64,000 bases of DNA from Gammaproteobacteria bacterium (lineage in GTDB: Bacteria; Pseudomonadota; Gammaproteobacteria; Eutrophobiales; Eutrophobiaceae): NCBI GenBank assembly GCA_041984885.1, contig JBHIXH010000008.1:928-64927 (forward strand). Reading direction: 5' to 3'. Both the position numbers and the translations under genes were made by a program. The notes under the pieces were generated by a model that was not told the DNA's origin, did not search any database, and saw only the letters and a program-made list of their open reading frames with translations. This document shows, piece after piece, positions 35,286 through 45,613 of this stretch. How positions within the stretch are numbered: the first letter of the stretch is position 1; every line of letters begins with the position of its first letter.

Positions 35286-35661
35286 TCAGTCAATCGTCTG
35301 TATGCCATCGATACCACCGCTACGGGCTTTCTCGGCCAGTTCGTCGAGTGATAACTCGGGATAATTTAATACACGAATCAGCATTGACAAGTTCACGCCG
35401 GAGACAGCTCGCGTCGCGTGTTGTCCGCTCAGGCTGGCGGCGATGTTACTCGGTGTTGCGCCATAGAGATCAGTCAGGATCACCATCGTCCAGTGACTCG
35501 ATAAACTCTTCAGCTTGTGTGCGTAACTCGTCCGGGTCACTGTCTCTGGAAGCCATGAGCAGTTTGGCCGGCAGTGGACAGCCGCCGAGCATTAATGATG
35601 TGGTGCCGAGCAGGGCCGGCCCGATACCATCATGGGTAATGACAAGTAAACCGACGCTCAT
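35286..35661 (-). pseudogene. PTS EIIA (Man/Fru-type), frameshifted
   Basis: N-half VGLLVITHDGIG...LDDG and C-half ILTDLYGATPSN...GVNLSML are in different frames; junction at about 35480-35485. Confidence 0.82.
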
Positions 35662-35679
35662 TAATCAATCCCCATTTGC

Positions 35680-36552
35680 CTAGATATCCCGATGTCGAAC
35701 GATGACTTTTTTTTTCTTGCCGGAAAAGTAGTCGGATAATTGTTTCACAATATACACGGATCGATGGTGACCACCGGTGCAGCCGATAGCGATCGATAGA
35801 TAGCTGCGGTTATCCGCTTCAAACCGTGGTATCCAGTGTTCCAGAAATGTACGAATATTTTCAATCATATCGATAACCAGTGCCTGCTGACCAAGAAATT
35901 CGGCAACCGGTTCCTGTAACCCGGTGTACGGACGTAATTCCTTTTTCCAGTGCGGGTTCGGCAGGCAACGTACATCAAAAACAAAATCCGCATCACGCGG
36001 TATGCCGTGTTTGAACCCAAACGACATAAATTGTAACGACAGCCCCGGCTTGTCTTTTCTCGCGATCTGTATCCGCACGAGATCGCGTAACTCGTGCAGC
36101 AGGGTATGGCTGGTATCGACACGCACGGTGGCATTTTCCGACAATGGCTCAAGGATGCGACGTTCCTCCCGTATGGCATCAAGAAGGGTAACGGAATCGG
36201 ATGACAGCGGATGCTTGCGGCGGGTTTCGCTAAAGCGCTTCGTTAATATGTCATCTTCGGCCTCGATAAAAGCCAGTTCAGCGGCAATACCGCTGTCATT
36301 TAATTTATTAATGAATGTGATAACGCGGGAAAAATCATAACTCGGATCACGGGCGTCGATTCCGATGGCGACGTTGCCGCCCATTGTTGTAGCCGGATCA
36401 GCAAGCTGTTTGATAAATTCATCGAGCAGGCTGATTGGCAAATTGTCGATGCAATAAAACCCGAGGTCTTCCAGCGAGTTTAACGCGATCGATTTGCCGG
36501 ACCCGGACAGGCCACTGAGTATGATCAACCTACGAGCTTGTTGGTCCATCAT
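35680..36552 (-). CDS. rapZ: RNase adapter RapZ
   Basis: SGLSGSGKS, ETRRKHPL, DVRCLPNPHW and GCTGGHHRS. Confidence 0.95.
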   Translation of the reverse strand: MMDQQARRLIILSGLSGSGKSIALNSLEDLGFYCIDNLPISLLDEFIKQLADPATTMGGNVAIGIDARDPSYDFSRVITFINKLNDSGIAAELAFIEAEDDILTKRFSETRRKHPLSSDSVTLLDAIREERRILEPLSENATVRVDTSHTLLHELRDLVRIQIARKDKPGLSLQFMSFGFKHGIPRDADFVFDVRCLPNPHWKKELRPYTGLQEPVAEFLGQQALVIDMIENIRTFLEHWIPRFEADNRSYLSIAIGCTGGHHRSVYIVKQLSDYFSGKKKKVIVRHRDI

Positions 36553-37544
36553 TTTTTCTGTTCGTCTATGAACTGCTGTTGTCGTTCGATAAAATCCTCG
36601 GCCGCATCGTATCCACTGGTGCGTAAAATATGATTTCTCGCGGCACACTCAAGCAGAACGGCCAGGTTGCGACCGGGGGCAACCGGTAAAGTAATTTCCG
36701 GTATCTCCAGACCCAGCACATTCGTATTACGATAACTGCCTTCAAGCCGGTTCAATTTTATCATCTGATCGTTGGTCATTGGCTCAAGGCGTGTGATTAA
36801 ACGCAGATACTTGCTGCTCTTGATGGCACTGTCACCGAACAACTCACGCACGTTAATGACACCGAGGCCGCGTACTTCAAGAAAGTCCTGCAGCGCCTCC
36901 GGGCAGCTGCCATTAATAATGTCAGGTGCAAGACGCGAAAACTGCGGGGCATCGTCTGCAACCAGTCTATGGCCCCGTGTGATCAGTTCCATCGCCAGTT
37001 CACTTTTACCAATACCGCTTGGCCCAGCAATTAAAACACCTATTGCCATAACCTCCATGAACACGCCATGTAAAGTCAGCTGATCGGCAAATAAATTTGT
37101 CAGGTAATAATGCAGTGATTCTGTGAGAACAATGCTCGACAGGCTGCTGGTAAACAGCGGCGTATTTTTTTCGTTACACTTGCGTTTTAATGCGGTCGGT
37201 ACAGCGCCTTTCTCGGCAACGATAATACAGGCGGGATTATTGTTGAATAACTGGGTTAACGCGTCCTGCCGTGAGATATCGCGCAATTCATTGAAATAAC
37301 CGAGTTCGACCTTGCCAAACACCTGAATCTGGTTCGGATGAATCAAATTCAGATAACCGATTAATGTCAGATTGTCGGTTTTGGTTTTTTTTCGTCTGGT
37401 CGAACTGCTGGCCATGTGCAGGCCGCGTTCCGGGTGAATAACGTGTTTATTTCCGAGCGTGCCGGCAACCCAGGTTAGCTCAAGTTTCTCGCCGTGCTGG
37501 TTAAACAGCTCCTCTACCGTAATTTCGGTAACCGGCTCGGACAT
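36549..37544 (-). CDS. hprK: HPr kinase/phosphorylase
   Basis: LHGV, GPSGIGKSE, LVADD, EVRGLG and PGRN. Confidence 0.95.
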   Translation of the reverse strand: MSEPVTEITVEELFNQHGEKLELTWVAGTLGNKHVIHPERGLHMASSSTRRKKTKTDNLTLIGYLNLIHPNQIQVFGKVELGYFNELRDISRQDALTQLFNNNPACIIVAEKGAVPTALKRKCNEKNTPLFTSSLSSIVLTESLHYYLTNLFADQLTLHGVFMEVMAIGVLIAGPSGIGKSELAMELITRGHRLVADDAPQFSRLAPDIINGSCPEALQDFLEVRGLGVINVRELFGDSAIKSSKYLRLITRLEPMTNDQMIKLNRLEGSYRNTNVLGLEIPEITLPVAPGRNLAVLLECAARNHILRTSGYDAAEDFIERQQQFIDEQKK

Positions 37545-37552
37545 GGCTGCGG

Positions 37553-37999
37553 TCAGGCGGTTAGCAACGCCAGTAGTTGTTGCGGAGTTTCACTTGTACG
37601 TAATGACGCAGTGAAATCCGGTTGGCTGAATTTTTCCGCAATTGCAGACAGGATACGCAGGTGTTGATCGGTGGATTCCTCCGGCACAATCAGCCCGATT
37701 ATCAAATCAACCGGCTTGTTGTCACTGGCCTCGAAATCAACCGGTTTGTTTAATTGTAAAAAAACGCAGGCAGGTTGGTCGATGCTGGCCAGTCTGCCAT
37801 GCGGCAGGGCAACGCCATTACCGAGACCGGTGCTGCCGAGTTTTTCCCGGCTTACCAGGCAATTAAAAATGTCCTGGGTTGTGATCGATGGATACGCCGT
37901 CGCCAGGATTTCCGACAGGGTTTCAAGTACGGATTTTTTACTGCCGGCCTCGACGTTGTGTCGAACGCAGTCGGCATTCAGGTAGTCAGACAAGTGCAT
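37553..37999 (-). CDS. ptsN: PTS EIIA-Ntr
   Basis: REKLGSTGLGNGVALPHGR. Confidence 0.92.
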   Translation of the reverse strand: MHLSDYLNADCVRHNVEAGSKKSVLETLSEILATAYPSITTQDIFNCLVSREKLGSTGLGNGVALPHGRLASIDQPACVFLQLNKPVDFEASDNKPVDLIIGLIVPEESTDQHLRILSAIAEKFSQPDFTASLRTSETPQQLLALLTA

Positions 38000-38030
38000 A
38001 AACTAAAGCTTCAGTTTATTTGATATAGGG

Positions 38031-38360
38031 TTAACCGGCGTTCTGCTGGTTCTTCAGGCTGCTGTCATTGCGTCGATGATCAGACAGTTTCTCCTTGTGT
38101 TTTTTTAGCTGTCGGTCCAGCTTATCAGTCAGATCATCAATGGCCGCATACATATCCTCATGGACGGCATCAGCAAACAACTCACCACGATTGACATGAA
38201 TTGTTGCCTCTGCCTTTTGCCGATCTTTTTCCACAGTCAGAATGACATGGATATTTGTCATTTTATCAAAGTGTCGTTCCAGTCGCTCAAACTTGCTCGA
38301 CACGTAAGAATTTAATGAAGGCGTGACGTCGACATGATGACCTGTGATGTTAATCTGCAT
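38031..38360 (-). CDS. hpf: Ribosome hibernation promoting factor
   Basis: MQINITGHH...DMYAAID...LDRQL; ATG at 38360. Confidence 0.93.
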   Translation of the reverse strand: MQINITGHHVDVTPSLNSYVSSKFERLERHFDKMTNIHVILTVEKDRQKAEATIHVNRGELFADAVHEDMYAAIDDLTDKLDRQLKKHKEKLSDHRRNDSSLKNQQNAG

Positions 38361-38385
38361 GTATAGACTCCAGAAAGTTTTATTA

Positions 38386-39846
38386 TTATGCCAGTCGCTT
38401 CCGTTCGTTTGAGGGCGGGATTGCCATGGCCTCCCGGTATTTCGCAACGGTGCGCCGGGCAACATTGATTCCCTGTTCGCCCAGCACGGCTGCAATCTTG
38501 CTGTCACTCAGCGGCTTTTCCGGTTTTTCTGCCGCGATTAATTTTTTTATCAGTGCGCGGATAGCGGTGGAAGAACAGGCACCACCGTAATTAGTGCTGA
38601 CGTGACTGGAAAAGAAATATTTAAGCTCAAAAATGCCACGTGGTGTATGCATATATTTGCGTGTAGTGACGCGCGAGATAGTTGACTCATGCATTTCCAG
38701 TGTTTCGGCAATGTCGTGTAACACCAGTGGTTTCATTGCCTCTTCGCCATAATCGAGAAAGGCACGTTGCCGTTCCACGATTGCGGTGGCGACGCGTAAT
38801 AAGGTTTCACTCCGGCTTTGCAGGCTTTTTATAAACCAGCGCGCTTCCTGCAGGTGTGTTTTCAGTGAGTTGTTATCGCTGCTGTTGTCTGCGCGACGTA
38901 TCATGTTGGCATAACTGGCGTTGATGCGCAGTTGTGGTGTGGCTTCATTATTCAGTTCAACTTTCCAGACGTCGTTTTTCTTTTTCACGTAGACATCCGG
39001 GATGACATACTCGGTTTTGCTGTCCTGAACCTCGTTGCCGGGACGCGGATTCAGTGTCTGGATCAGTTCGATCACCTTTTGTAGCTCGCTGCGTTCCAGC
39101 TTCAGCTTGCGTGTAAGTTGATTGAAATCACGTGATCCGAGCGCATCGAGATAGTGATTTACCAGCTCACATGCCGGTTTGTACCAGGGTGTGTCATCAG
39201 GCAGTTGTGACAGTTGCAACATCAGGCATTCGCGCAGATCTCTTGCTGCAACACCGGTCGGCTCCATCGCCTGTACCATCCGGATGGTGGCCTCGACTTC
39301 CTCGATACCGACCTCTTCGTCATCCTCGCCCAGGCTTTGTAACACCTCTTCTGCCGTGCACGTCAGATAGCCGTCATCATCCAGTGCGTCGATGATAGCA
39401 ACGGCGATGGCCCTGTCGACTTCGGTGGTCGGGGTCAGGTTCAGTTGCCAGAGCAGATGCTCACGTAATGACTTTTCCTGGCTGTCCTGGTTTTCAAACT
39501 GGTTGAAATCACCGGTATCCGGTTTTGCCGTGTAGGATATGGAACTGTCATAGATGTCATCCCATTCACTGTCGACCGGCAGGTCGTCCGGAATGGTATC
39601 GTCGGACAGTTTCTCGTTCGTCTCTTTCGTCGCCGCTTCGTTTTTTTCAGAATCACCCGCTTCGTTGCTGCTGTTGCCGGCTTCACTGTCTTCTTCCGCG
39701 ACTTCCAGCATCATGTTGGATTCCAGTGCGTCCTGAATTTCTGTCTGCAATTCCATGCTCGACAGTTGCAACAGGCGAATGGCCTGCTGCAGTTGTGGCG
39801 TCATAGTCAGGCTTTGACTGACTCGAAGTTGTAACGACGGTTTCAT
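38386..39846 (-). CDS. rpoN: RNA polymerase sigma-54 factor
   Basis: [20 protein letters not shown] and RpoN box ARRTVAKYR. Confidence 0.98.
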   Translation of the reverse strand: MKPSLQLRVSQSLTMTPQLQQAIRLLQLSSMELQTEIQDALESNMMLEVAEEDSEAGNSSNEAGDSEKNEAATKETNEKLSDDTIPDDLPVDSEWDDIYDSSISYTAKPDTGDFNQFENQDSQEKSLREHLLWQLNLTPTTEVDRAIAVAIIDALDDDGYLTCTAEEVLQSLGEDDEEVGIEEVEATIRMVQAMEPTGVAARDLRECLMLQLSQLPDDTPWYKPACELVNHYLDALGSRDFNQLTRKLKLERSELQKVIELIQTLNPRPGNEVQDSKTEYVIPDVYVKKKNDVWKVELNNEATPQLRINASYANMIRRADNSSDNNSLKTHLQEARWFIKSLQSRSETLLRVATAIVERQRAFLDYGEEAMKPLVLHDIAETLEMHESTISRVTTRKYMHTPRGIFELKYFFSSHVSTNYGGACSSTAIRALIKKLIAAEKPEKPLSDSKIAAVLGEQGINVARRTVAKYREAMAIPPSNERKRLA

Positions 39847-39907
39847 GTGACTTATTCTAACCTAAATCATCTTCTGCGGGTTCAATTAGTTAGCCAGACT
39901 AGTTACA

Positions 39908-40633
39908 TTACAAACTGAATTGTTCGCCAAGATAAACATCCCTGACTTCCTTATTCTCAAGTATATGCTCTGGTGAGCCGGATGCGATAATCTGGCCGTC
40001 ATTAACAATATAGGCACGATCACAGGTTACCAGCGTTTCGCGCACATTATGGTCGGTGATCAGTACGCCGATGCCGTGTCGCCCCAGATATTTGATGATG
40101 CGTTGTATATCGTTAATCGAGATAGGGTCAATTCCGGCGAAAGGTTCGTCCAAAAGTAAAAACTTCGGCTCGGTGGCCAATGCGCGTGCAATCTCAAGCC
40201 GGCGACGTTCGCCACCAGACAGGCTGGCTCCCAGGTTCTCGCGCAGGTGGGTGATGTGAAACTCACGTAACAGGTTTTCCAGACGCTTGTGCATTTGTGC
40301 CGGATTCAGGTGCGTTTGTAATTCCAGGATGGAGAGAATATTTTCCTCGACACTGAGTTTGCGAAACACCGAGCTTTCCTGCGGCAGATAACCCAGCCCG
40401 AGGCGCGAACGCTGATCCATCGGCAGACCACTGATCTCCTGTTGGTTGATATGTATGGTGCCATCGTCAGACGCAATCAGACCGACGATCATATGAAAGC
40501 TGGTTGTCTTGCCGGCACCATTTGGGCCAAGCAAACCAACGATCTCGCCGTTATGTACGGTCAGGCTGATGTCCTTGACGACCGTGCGCTTACGAAAGGT
40601 TTTTGTCAGGTGCCGGGCTGCTAATACGCTCAT
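39908..40633 (-). CDS. lptB: LPS export ABC ATPase LptB
   Basis: [26 protein letters not shown] and TDHNVRETL. Confidence 0.96.
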   Translation of the reverse strand: MSVLAARHLTKTFRKRTVVKDISLTVHNGEIVGLLGPNGAGKTTSFHMIVGLIASDDGTIHINQQEISGLPMDQRSRLGLGYLPQESSVFRKLSVEENILSILELQTHLNPAQMHKRLENLLREFHITHLRENLGASLSGGERRRLEIARALATEPKFLLLDEPFAGIDPISINDIQRIIKYLGRHGIGVLITDHNVRETLVTCDRAYIVNDGQIIASGSPEHILENKEVRDVYLGEQFSL

Positions 40634-40698
40634 AAATAGTTTTTATATTGGGCCTGAGTTCACCCGTTCTGGACCCGGTTGCCAATACCGGCGCTGGA

Positions 40699-41259
40699 TT
40701 AGTTTTTCTTTTTCGGTTTAATGGTGATTTTCACGCGGTCGTTACGATTTTCTGCCTTCGCGTCCCCGGTTTCTTCCCTGACCGTTTCATCACTGCGCGC
40801 GTAGACCTTGCTGCGTTCAGTATCATATTCGATACGATTACCGCTGAAGCGTAACCCCTCCTGTTTTACCAGGGCGTCATTGATTAATACGATCAGGCTT
40901 TTCAGTTGATAATATTCCATTTTCAACGCTTCGGCTTCATCCAGGATCTGGCTGTTATCCGGCATCTGCTGGTAGTGTGCCGGCCGTCCCGTCACGATCA
41001 AGGTGTCGAGGTCATCGTTTTCATTATACGTCACGGTCATCTTGTCGCCGTTGATTCGCATTGAACCCTGCGTGACGATGACGTTGCCCTTGTATATAGT
41101 CACCCCTTTTTCATCATCCAGTTCGGCGTAGTCGGCCTCGACCTCGATCGGCTGATCCTTGTCTGTCGACAGCGCATGCACAGTCAATGACGTTGCGAGC
41201 AAGACAGCAAAAAGCAGAAATTTAGCCGGGTTTTTTCGGATGAAGTTTGCCTTGTACAT
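40699..41259 (-). CDS. lptA: LPS transport periplasmic protein LptA
   Basis: Signal peptide, D..QPIEVEAD and YKGNVIVTQG. Confidence 0.9.
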   Translation of the reverse strand: MYKANFIRKNPAKFLLFAVLLATSLTVHALSTDKDQPIEVEADYAELDDEKGVTIYKGNVIVTQGSMRINGDKMTVTYNENDDLDTLIVTGRPAHYQQMPDNSQILDEAEALKMEYYQLKSLIVLINDALVKQEGLRFSGNRIEYDTERSKVYARSDETVREETGDAKAENRNDRVKITIKPKKKN

Positions 41260-41794
41260 TATTCAGTAGTTCCAGACGGTTTTGTTTGAAGTAAGCGCGT
41301 ACACCATCGGCGTCGACGACGGAGTTTTGTTTTTTTATCGTTGCGTGCGAATCGGTTTCAGCATAATCCTGATCCAGCAAAACCCGTACATCCGATGTAA
41401 TGACTTCGAGTTCACGCAGACCGGCGTCATCGTCCTGCCAGAGGTCAACATCGCCGGTCAATAGAATAACCTTATTATTTGATGTTACCCAGCCTTTATC
41501 GGAGGTAATAATCATCGGTGGTTTGGCCTCCTTGTATATTTCCAGTCGTGGGTTAATGAGTTCTATCGTATCGTCGTCTGGATAATGTGCCATATATTCC
41601 GCGATCAACCTGTTTTTCGGGCGTCCATCCTGTTCCATCGTTAGCGTTGAAAAATGTTCCATGTAGTAGTCCGGAAAATGCCCGGCCTGGCCGCGACCGA
41701 ACAGGTCCGGATCGTCGCTGATCCAGCTGAAAATAAGGGTCCCGAGCAATGCCAGCGAGAGACACGCAATCGAGATTTTAATGCGTAGACTCAT
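41222..41794 (-). CDS. lptC: LPS export protein LptC
   Basis: N-terminal TM, PDYYM and HYPDD motifs; synteny with lptAB. Confidence 0.88.
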   Translation of the reverse strand: MSLRIKISIACLSLALLGTLIFSWISDDPDLFGRGQAGHFPDYYMEHFSTLTMEQDGRPKNRLIAEYMAHYPDDDTIELINPRLEIYKEAKPPMIITSDKGWVTSNNKVILLTGDVDLWQDDDAGLRELEVITSDVRVLLDQDYAETDSHATIKKQNSVVDADGVRAYFKQNRLELLNNVQGKLHPKKPG

Positions 41795-41829
41795 GCAGCG
41801 TTACTGAAATTGGCAAATGACATATGGTC

Positions 41830-41857
41830 TTAGATTAAAGAAACCGGCCCCGGGTTC
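41830..41857 (-). promoter_or_regulatory. Putative sigmaE (RpoE/AlgU)-type promoter of lptCAB
   Basis: GAACCC-N17-TCTAA on the minus strand, between the rpoH terminator and lptC. Confidence 0.5.
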
Positions 41858-41862
41858 AAGTG

Positions 41863-41889
41863 AAAAAAAAGCGGCCGAATGGCCGCTTT
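41863..41889 (-). terminator. Rho-independent terminator after rpoH
   Basis: Hairpin AAAGCGGCC-ATTC-GGCCGCTTT running into a T8 tract on the minus strand. Confidence 0.85.
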
Positions 41890-41913
41890 GATCGAGTCAA
41901 GAGACGCAATAAG

Positions 41914-42774
41914 TCAGGCCGCAATATCGACCTGTTGTCGCAGCCTGGCCAGCGCTGCTTTCTCCAGTTGCCGGATACGCTCGGCCGAGACCTGATATTT
42001 TTCCGCCAGTTCTGTCAACGTGGTTTTCGATTCGTCCAGCCAGCGGCGTTCGATGATGTCGCGCGAGCGATCATCGAGTTCGGCCAATGCCGAGACCAGT
42101 GCCTGGTGCGATTGCTGTTCGCTTTGCTCTGCTTCCAGTTCCTGATCGGGGCCAGGGCGTTTGTTTTCCAGATAGTTGACCGGTGCAGCCCAGCCGTCGT
42201 CGGCATCCGAGTTGAATGTCGTATCGTAGGCGGCATCGACTGCACTCATGCGTTTTTCCATTTCGAGCACGTCTTTGCTGCTGACGCCGAGGTCATTCGC
42301 GACCGCGTCAACTTCTTCCTGGTTTAACCAGCCGAGGCGCTTCTTTGCCGAGCGCAGATTGAAAAACAACTTGCGTTGCGCCTTTGTCGTGGCGACCTTG
42401 ACGATGCGCCAGTTTTTCAGGATAAATTCGTGGATCTCTGCCCGCACCCAGTGCACGGCAAACGACACAAGGCGAACGCCGACATCCGGGTCGAAACGTT
42501 TGACTGCTTTCATCAAACCAATATTGCCTTCCTGGATCAGATCGGCCTGCGGCAGGCCATAGCCGCTATAGCCACGCGCAATACGCACAACAAACCGCAG
42601 ATGAGACATGACGAGTTGCCGGGCGGCCTCCAGGTCCTGTTCGTCGCGAAATCGTCGCGCCAGATCCTGTTCGTCCTGCTCGGTCAACATCGGGATGGTT
42701 TGTACCCCGCGCACGTAGGCGTCGAGCGAACCACTTGGCAGGGCAAACCCAGGATTGACCAGACTGTTGTTCAT
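41914..42774 (-). CDS. rpoH: RNA polymerase sigma-32 factor
   Basis: RpoH box QRKLFFNLR and [14 protein letters not shown]. Confidence 0.97.
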   Translation of the reverse strand: MNNSLVNPGFALPSGSLDAYVRGVQTIPMLTEQDEQDLARRFRDEQDLEAARQLVMSHLRFVVRIARGYSGYGLPQADLIQEGNIGLMKAVKRFDPDVGVRLVSFAVHWVRAEIHEFILKNWRIVKVATTKAQRKLFFNLRSAKKRLGWLNQEEVDAVANDLGVSSKDVLEMEKRMSAVDAAYDTTFNSDADDGWAAPVNYLENKRPGPDQELEAEQSEQQSHQALVSALAELDDRSRDIIERRWLDESKTTLTELAEKYQVSAERIRQLEKAALARLRQQVDIAA

Positions 42775-42821
42775 TAGTGACTACCTCCAGAAAATTTGCT
42801 AACTACCTGAATGATTGAATT

Positions 42822-42848
42822 TTAGCACTCCAGCCCTTAGAGTGCTAA
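42822..42848. promoter_or_regulatory. CIRCE element (HrcA operator)
   Basis: Perfect TTAGCACTC-N9-GAGTGCTAA, 47 nt upstream of the rpoH ATG. Confidence 0.93.
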
Positions 42849-42864
42849 TCCGGTTGCGGGTTCC
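42837..42864 (-). promoter_or_regulatory. Putative sigmaE-type promoter of rpoH
   Basis: GGAACCC-N16-TCTAA, same architecture as E. coli rpoH P3 (GAACTT-N16-TCTGA). Confidence 0.6.
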
Positions 42865-42908
42865 GCCCTCTACGAAAGAATTAATCTTTTAATTACAGAT
42901 AGTTATAG

Positions 42909-43865
42909 TCAGGAGGGTTCGATTTCACGGATGTGTCTTTGCACTGCAATCCAGGAACCGGCCAGCCCCAGACCACTGCCGCTGGCCAGCAAAATCAGCC
43001 CCTGAGTCAGTCCAATTCCAATCAACTGGAACTGGCTGGAATATAGAGTGGCAAGCGTCTGGATCGGCGCCTGTAAAAAGCCGAGGCAGGCACTGACGAG
43101 CAGCCATGCCATGACGCTGCCAGCCAGACCGTACCAGAAACCGCTGTACAGAAACGGTCGCTGGATAAACGAGTTGGCACCGCCAAATAACTTGATGATC
43201 TCGATCTCCTGGCGGCGGTTATAAATGCCAAGACGAATCGTATTGCCGATGATCAATAATACAGCGATTGCCAGTAATGATGAGAACACGTAGATCAGGC
43301 GTTCGACAATCTCGATGATGACAAACAGCCGTTGCAACCATTTCTGATCCAGCACGGCGAGTTCAACGATGTCGTTTGCCTCCAGTTGCAGTGCCAGTTT
43401 CTCGGTGTCAACGCCGTTGAGACGGGGTTCGACCAGGATCAATGCAGGCAAGGGGTTCCGTTCAAGGGCATCCAGCGCATCAGCAAAGCCGGACAATTCG
43501 CGGTATTCCTGTAATGCCGCTTCACTTGAGACATAACGGGCCTGTCGAATATCGGAACGTTGTAATAACTCCTGTACATACTGCAGGGCCTCATCCTCGC
43601 TGATCGTATGTTGCAGAAACACCGAGATCTGTGCGCCGCCCTGCCAGTCCTTTGTCAAAACACGGGCGTTTTCCAGCAGGACATAAAACCCGGCCGGCAA
43701 GGTCAGGGATATGCCAATAACAGAGATGGTTAACAAGCTGCCGACCGGATTGCGTGACAGTTGGCCGAGACTGGAAATCAGTGCGCGTAAATTATCGATA
43801 AACCAGCTGGAAATTTTTTGTCGCAGCTGACTTAGCATGGAAGGCTGGCGCGTCGGATTAGTCAT
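42909..43865 (-). CDS. ftsX: Cell division permease FtsX
   Basis: NPLP, IGNTIRL, EIEIIKL.G and RPFLY.G. Confidence 0.94.
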   Translation of the reverse strand: MTNPTRQPSMLSQLRQKISSWFIDNLRALISSLGQLSRNPVGSLLTISVIGISLTLPAGFYVLLENARVLTKDWQGGAQISVFLQHTISEDEALQYVQELLQRSDIRQARYVSSEAALQEYRELSGFADALDALERNPLPALILVEPRLNGVDTEKLALQLEANDIVELAVLDQKWLQRLFVIIEIVERLIYVFSSLLAIAVLLIIGNTIRLGIYNRRQEIEIIKLFGGANSFIQRPFLYSGFWYGLAGSVMAWLLVSACLGFLQAPIQTLATLYSSQFQLIGIGLTQGLILLASGSGLGLAGSWIAVQRHIREIEPS

Positions 43866-44535
43866 CGATCGTGTTACCCGGATGCGTTACCAGCCGGCCA
43901 TTACGCAGGATAAGAATGCGTTTGTTCACTTTGCGAATCATGTCCATATCGTGACTTGCGATCAGGACCGTAACGCCGACCTGATTAAACTGCTCAAACA
44001 GGTGCATGATCTCCAGCGATAACGCCGGGTCCAGGTTACCGGTCGGTTCGTCTGCCAGCAATATGGCCGGTCGATGCACGACAGCCCGGGCAATGCCTAC
44101 GCGCTGTTGTTCGCCACCGGATAATGTCACCGGGTACGATTTTTCCTTTGTGATGAGGCCGACCTTGTCGAGGGCTGCACGAACACGTTTCCGGATCTCG
44201 TCATGGGCATAGCCACTGATGACCAGAGGCAGTGCCACGTTGTCGAACACGGTGCGATCATTCAGCAAGCGATGATCCTGAAACGTATAGCCAACGTTTC
44301 GGCGAAAAAGTGGTATGCGGCGGCCACGAACCCGTTCGAGGTTTTGTCCGTTAACAATGATCTGTCCACGTGAGTGCCGTTCGATCATGCCAATCAAACG
44401 TAACAACGTGGATTTGCCGGCACCTGAACGACCGGCAATGAATGCCATTGCGCCCTGCTCAATGTAAAGATTCAGTTGTTTCAGTGCCTCGTTGCCACCT
44501 TCGTATGCCTTCGAGACATTGGTAAAACGGATCAT
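43858..44535 (-). CDS. ftsE: Cell division ATPase FtsE
   Basis: [17 protein letters not shown] and ADEPTGNLD. Confidence 0.95.
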   Translation of the reverse strand: MIRFTNVSKAYEGGNEALKQLNLYIEQGAMAFIAGRSGAGKSTLLRLIGMIERHSRGQIIVNGQNLERVRGRRIPLFRRNVGYTFQDHRLLNDRTVFDNVALPLVISGYAHDEIRKRVRAALDKVGLITKEKSYPVTLSGGEQQRVGIARAVVHRPAILLADEPTGNLDPALSLEIMHLFEQFNQVGVTVLIASHDMDMIRKVNKRILILRNGRLVTHPGNTIDD

Positions 44536-45503
44536 GCCGGTGCGTTCAGCAAGGCGTTGACGAACGCTTCCGGATCAAATGGACGCAGGTCATCAAGCTG
44601 TTCACCGACACCGATGTAGCGGATGGGCAGGCCCAGTTCCCTGGCCAGCGCAAAGACAATCCCGCCTTTTGCCGTGCCATCGAGTTTGGTCAACACAATT
44701 CCGGTGATGCCAATCGATTGGTGAAACTCACGCGCCTGTACCAGTGCGTTTTGTCCTGTCGTGGCATCGAGCACGAGCAGGATTTCCTTTTTCAATGACG
44801 GATCAAACTTATCAACCACGCGAGAGACCTTGGCCAGTTCCTGCATCAGGTTCTGTTTCGTATGTAATCTTCCGGCTGTATCTGCAATCAATACATGCTT
44901 TTTTTGTGCGCGGGCAGAACCGAGTGCATCAAAGATGACGGCCGCCGAGTCGGAGCCGGATGATTGACTGATAACCGGCACCTGATTGCGTTCGCCCCAG
45001 GTCTGTAATTGTTCTATCGCAGCGGCTCGAAACGTATCGCCGGCAGCGAGCATGACGGATAGACCCTGCTGCTGAAACAGTTTTGCCAGTTTACCTATCG
45101 TCGTGGTTTTACCGACGCCATTGACACCGATCATCATCAACAAAAACGGATTGGATCCGGCATCAATTTGCAGGGGGAGATGTACTGTACGCAACAGCTC
45201 GATCATCTGCGCTTTTAGTGTTGCCAGCAGTTGTTCTGCGGTCAGAACCTGTTTCTTTTTTACCTGGCGGCGCAGCGAATCAACGAGTTCGGTCGTGACA
45301 GTGATGCCGAGATCAGCACTCAGCAGTTGATCCTCGAGCTCGTCCAGTGTCGTAGCATTGACCTCCGTCTCACTCGACAACAGTGATCGTAACCGCGAGA
45401 ACAATCCCTGCCTTGTCCGTGCCAGACCCTTATCGAGCGGGTCGGCAGGCGGGTTGTTTGCGGAGGCGTCGTCGTGAGAAGATGTTTTCTTAAAACCGAA
45501 CAT
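44532..45503 (-). CDS. ftsY: SRP receptor FtsY (short N-terminus)
   Basis: GVNGVGKTTT, DTFRAAA, DTAGR and TKLDGTAKGG; start MFGFKK at 45503. Confidence 0.95.
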   Translation of the reverse strand: MFGFKKTSSHDDASANNPPADPLDKGLARTRQGLFSRLRSLLSSETEVNATTLDELEDQLLSADLGITVTTELVDSLRRQVKKKQVLTAEQLLATLKAQMIELLRTVHLPLQIDAGSNPFLLMMIGVNGVGKTTTIGKLAKLFQQQGLSVMLAAGDTFRAAAIEQLQTWGERNQVPVISQSSGSDSAAVIFDALGSARAQKKHVLIADTAGRLHTKQNLMQELAKVSRVVDKFDPSLKKEILLVLDATTGQNALVQAREFHQSIGITGIVLTKLDGTAKGGIVFALARELGLPIRYIGVGEQLDDLRPFDPEAFVNALLNAPA

Positions 45504-45613
45504 AGGTTGATCCTGCGTTGTCGTCGGCACTTTACCGTATTCGTCGGCGAACATGAACTCCGGTATTTGCGCCGGTCTAACCGCCGACAACCACTAACGA
45601 AGAAGCAGATTTT

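Noticed and set aside
34847-35683. 278-aa plus-strand ORF
   Set aside because: Antisense to ptsI, HPr and EIIA; no recognisable motifs.
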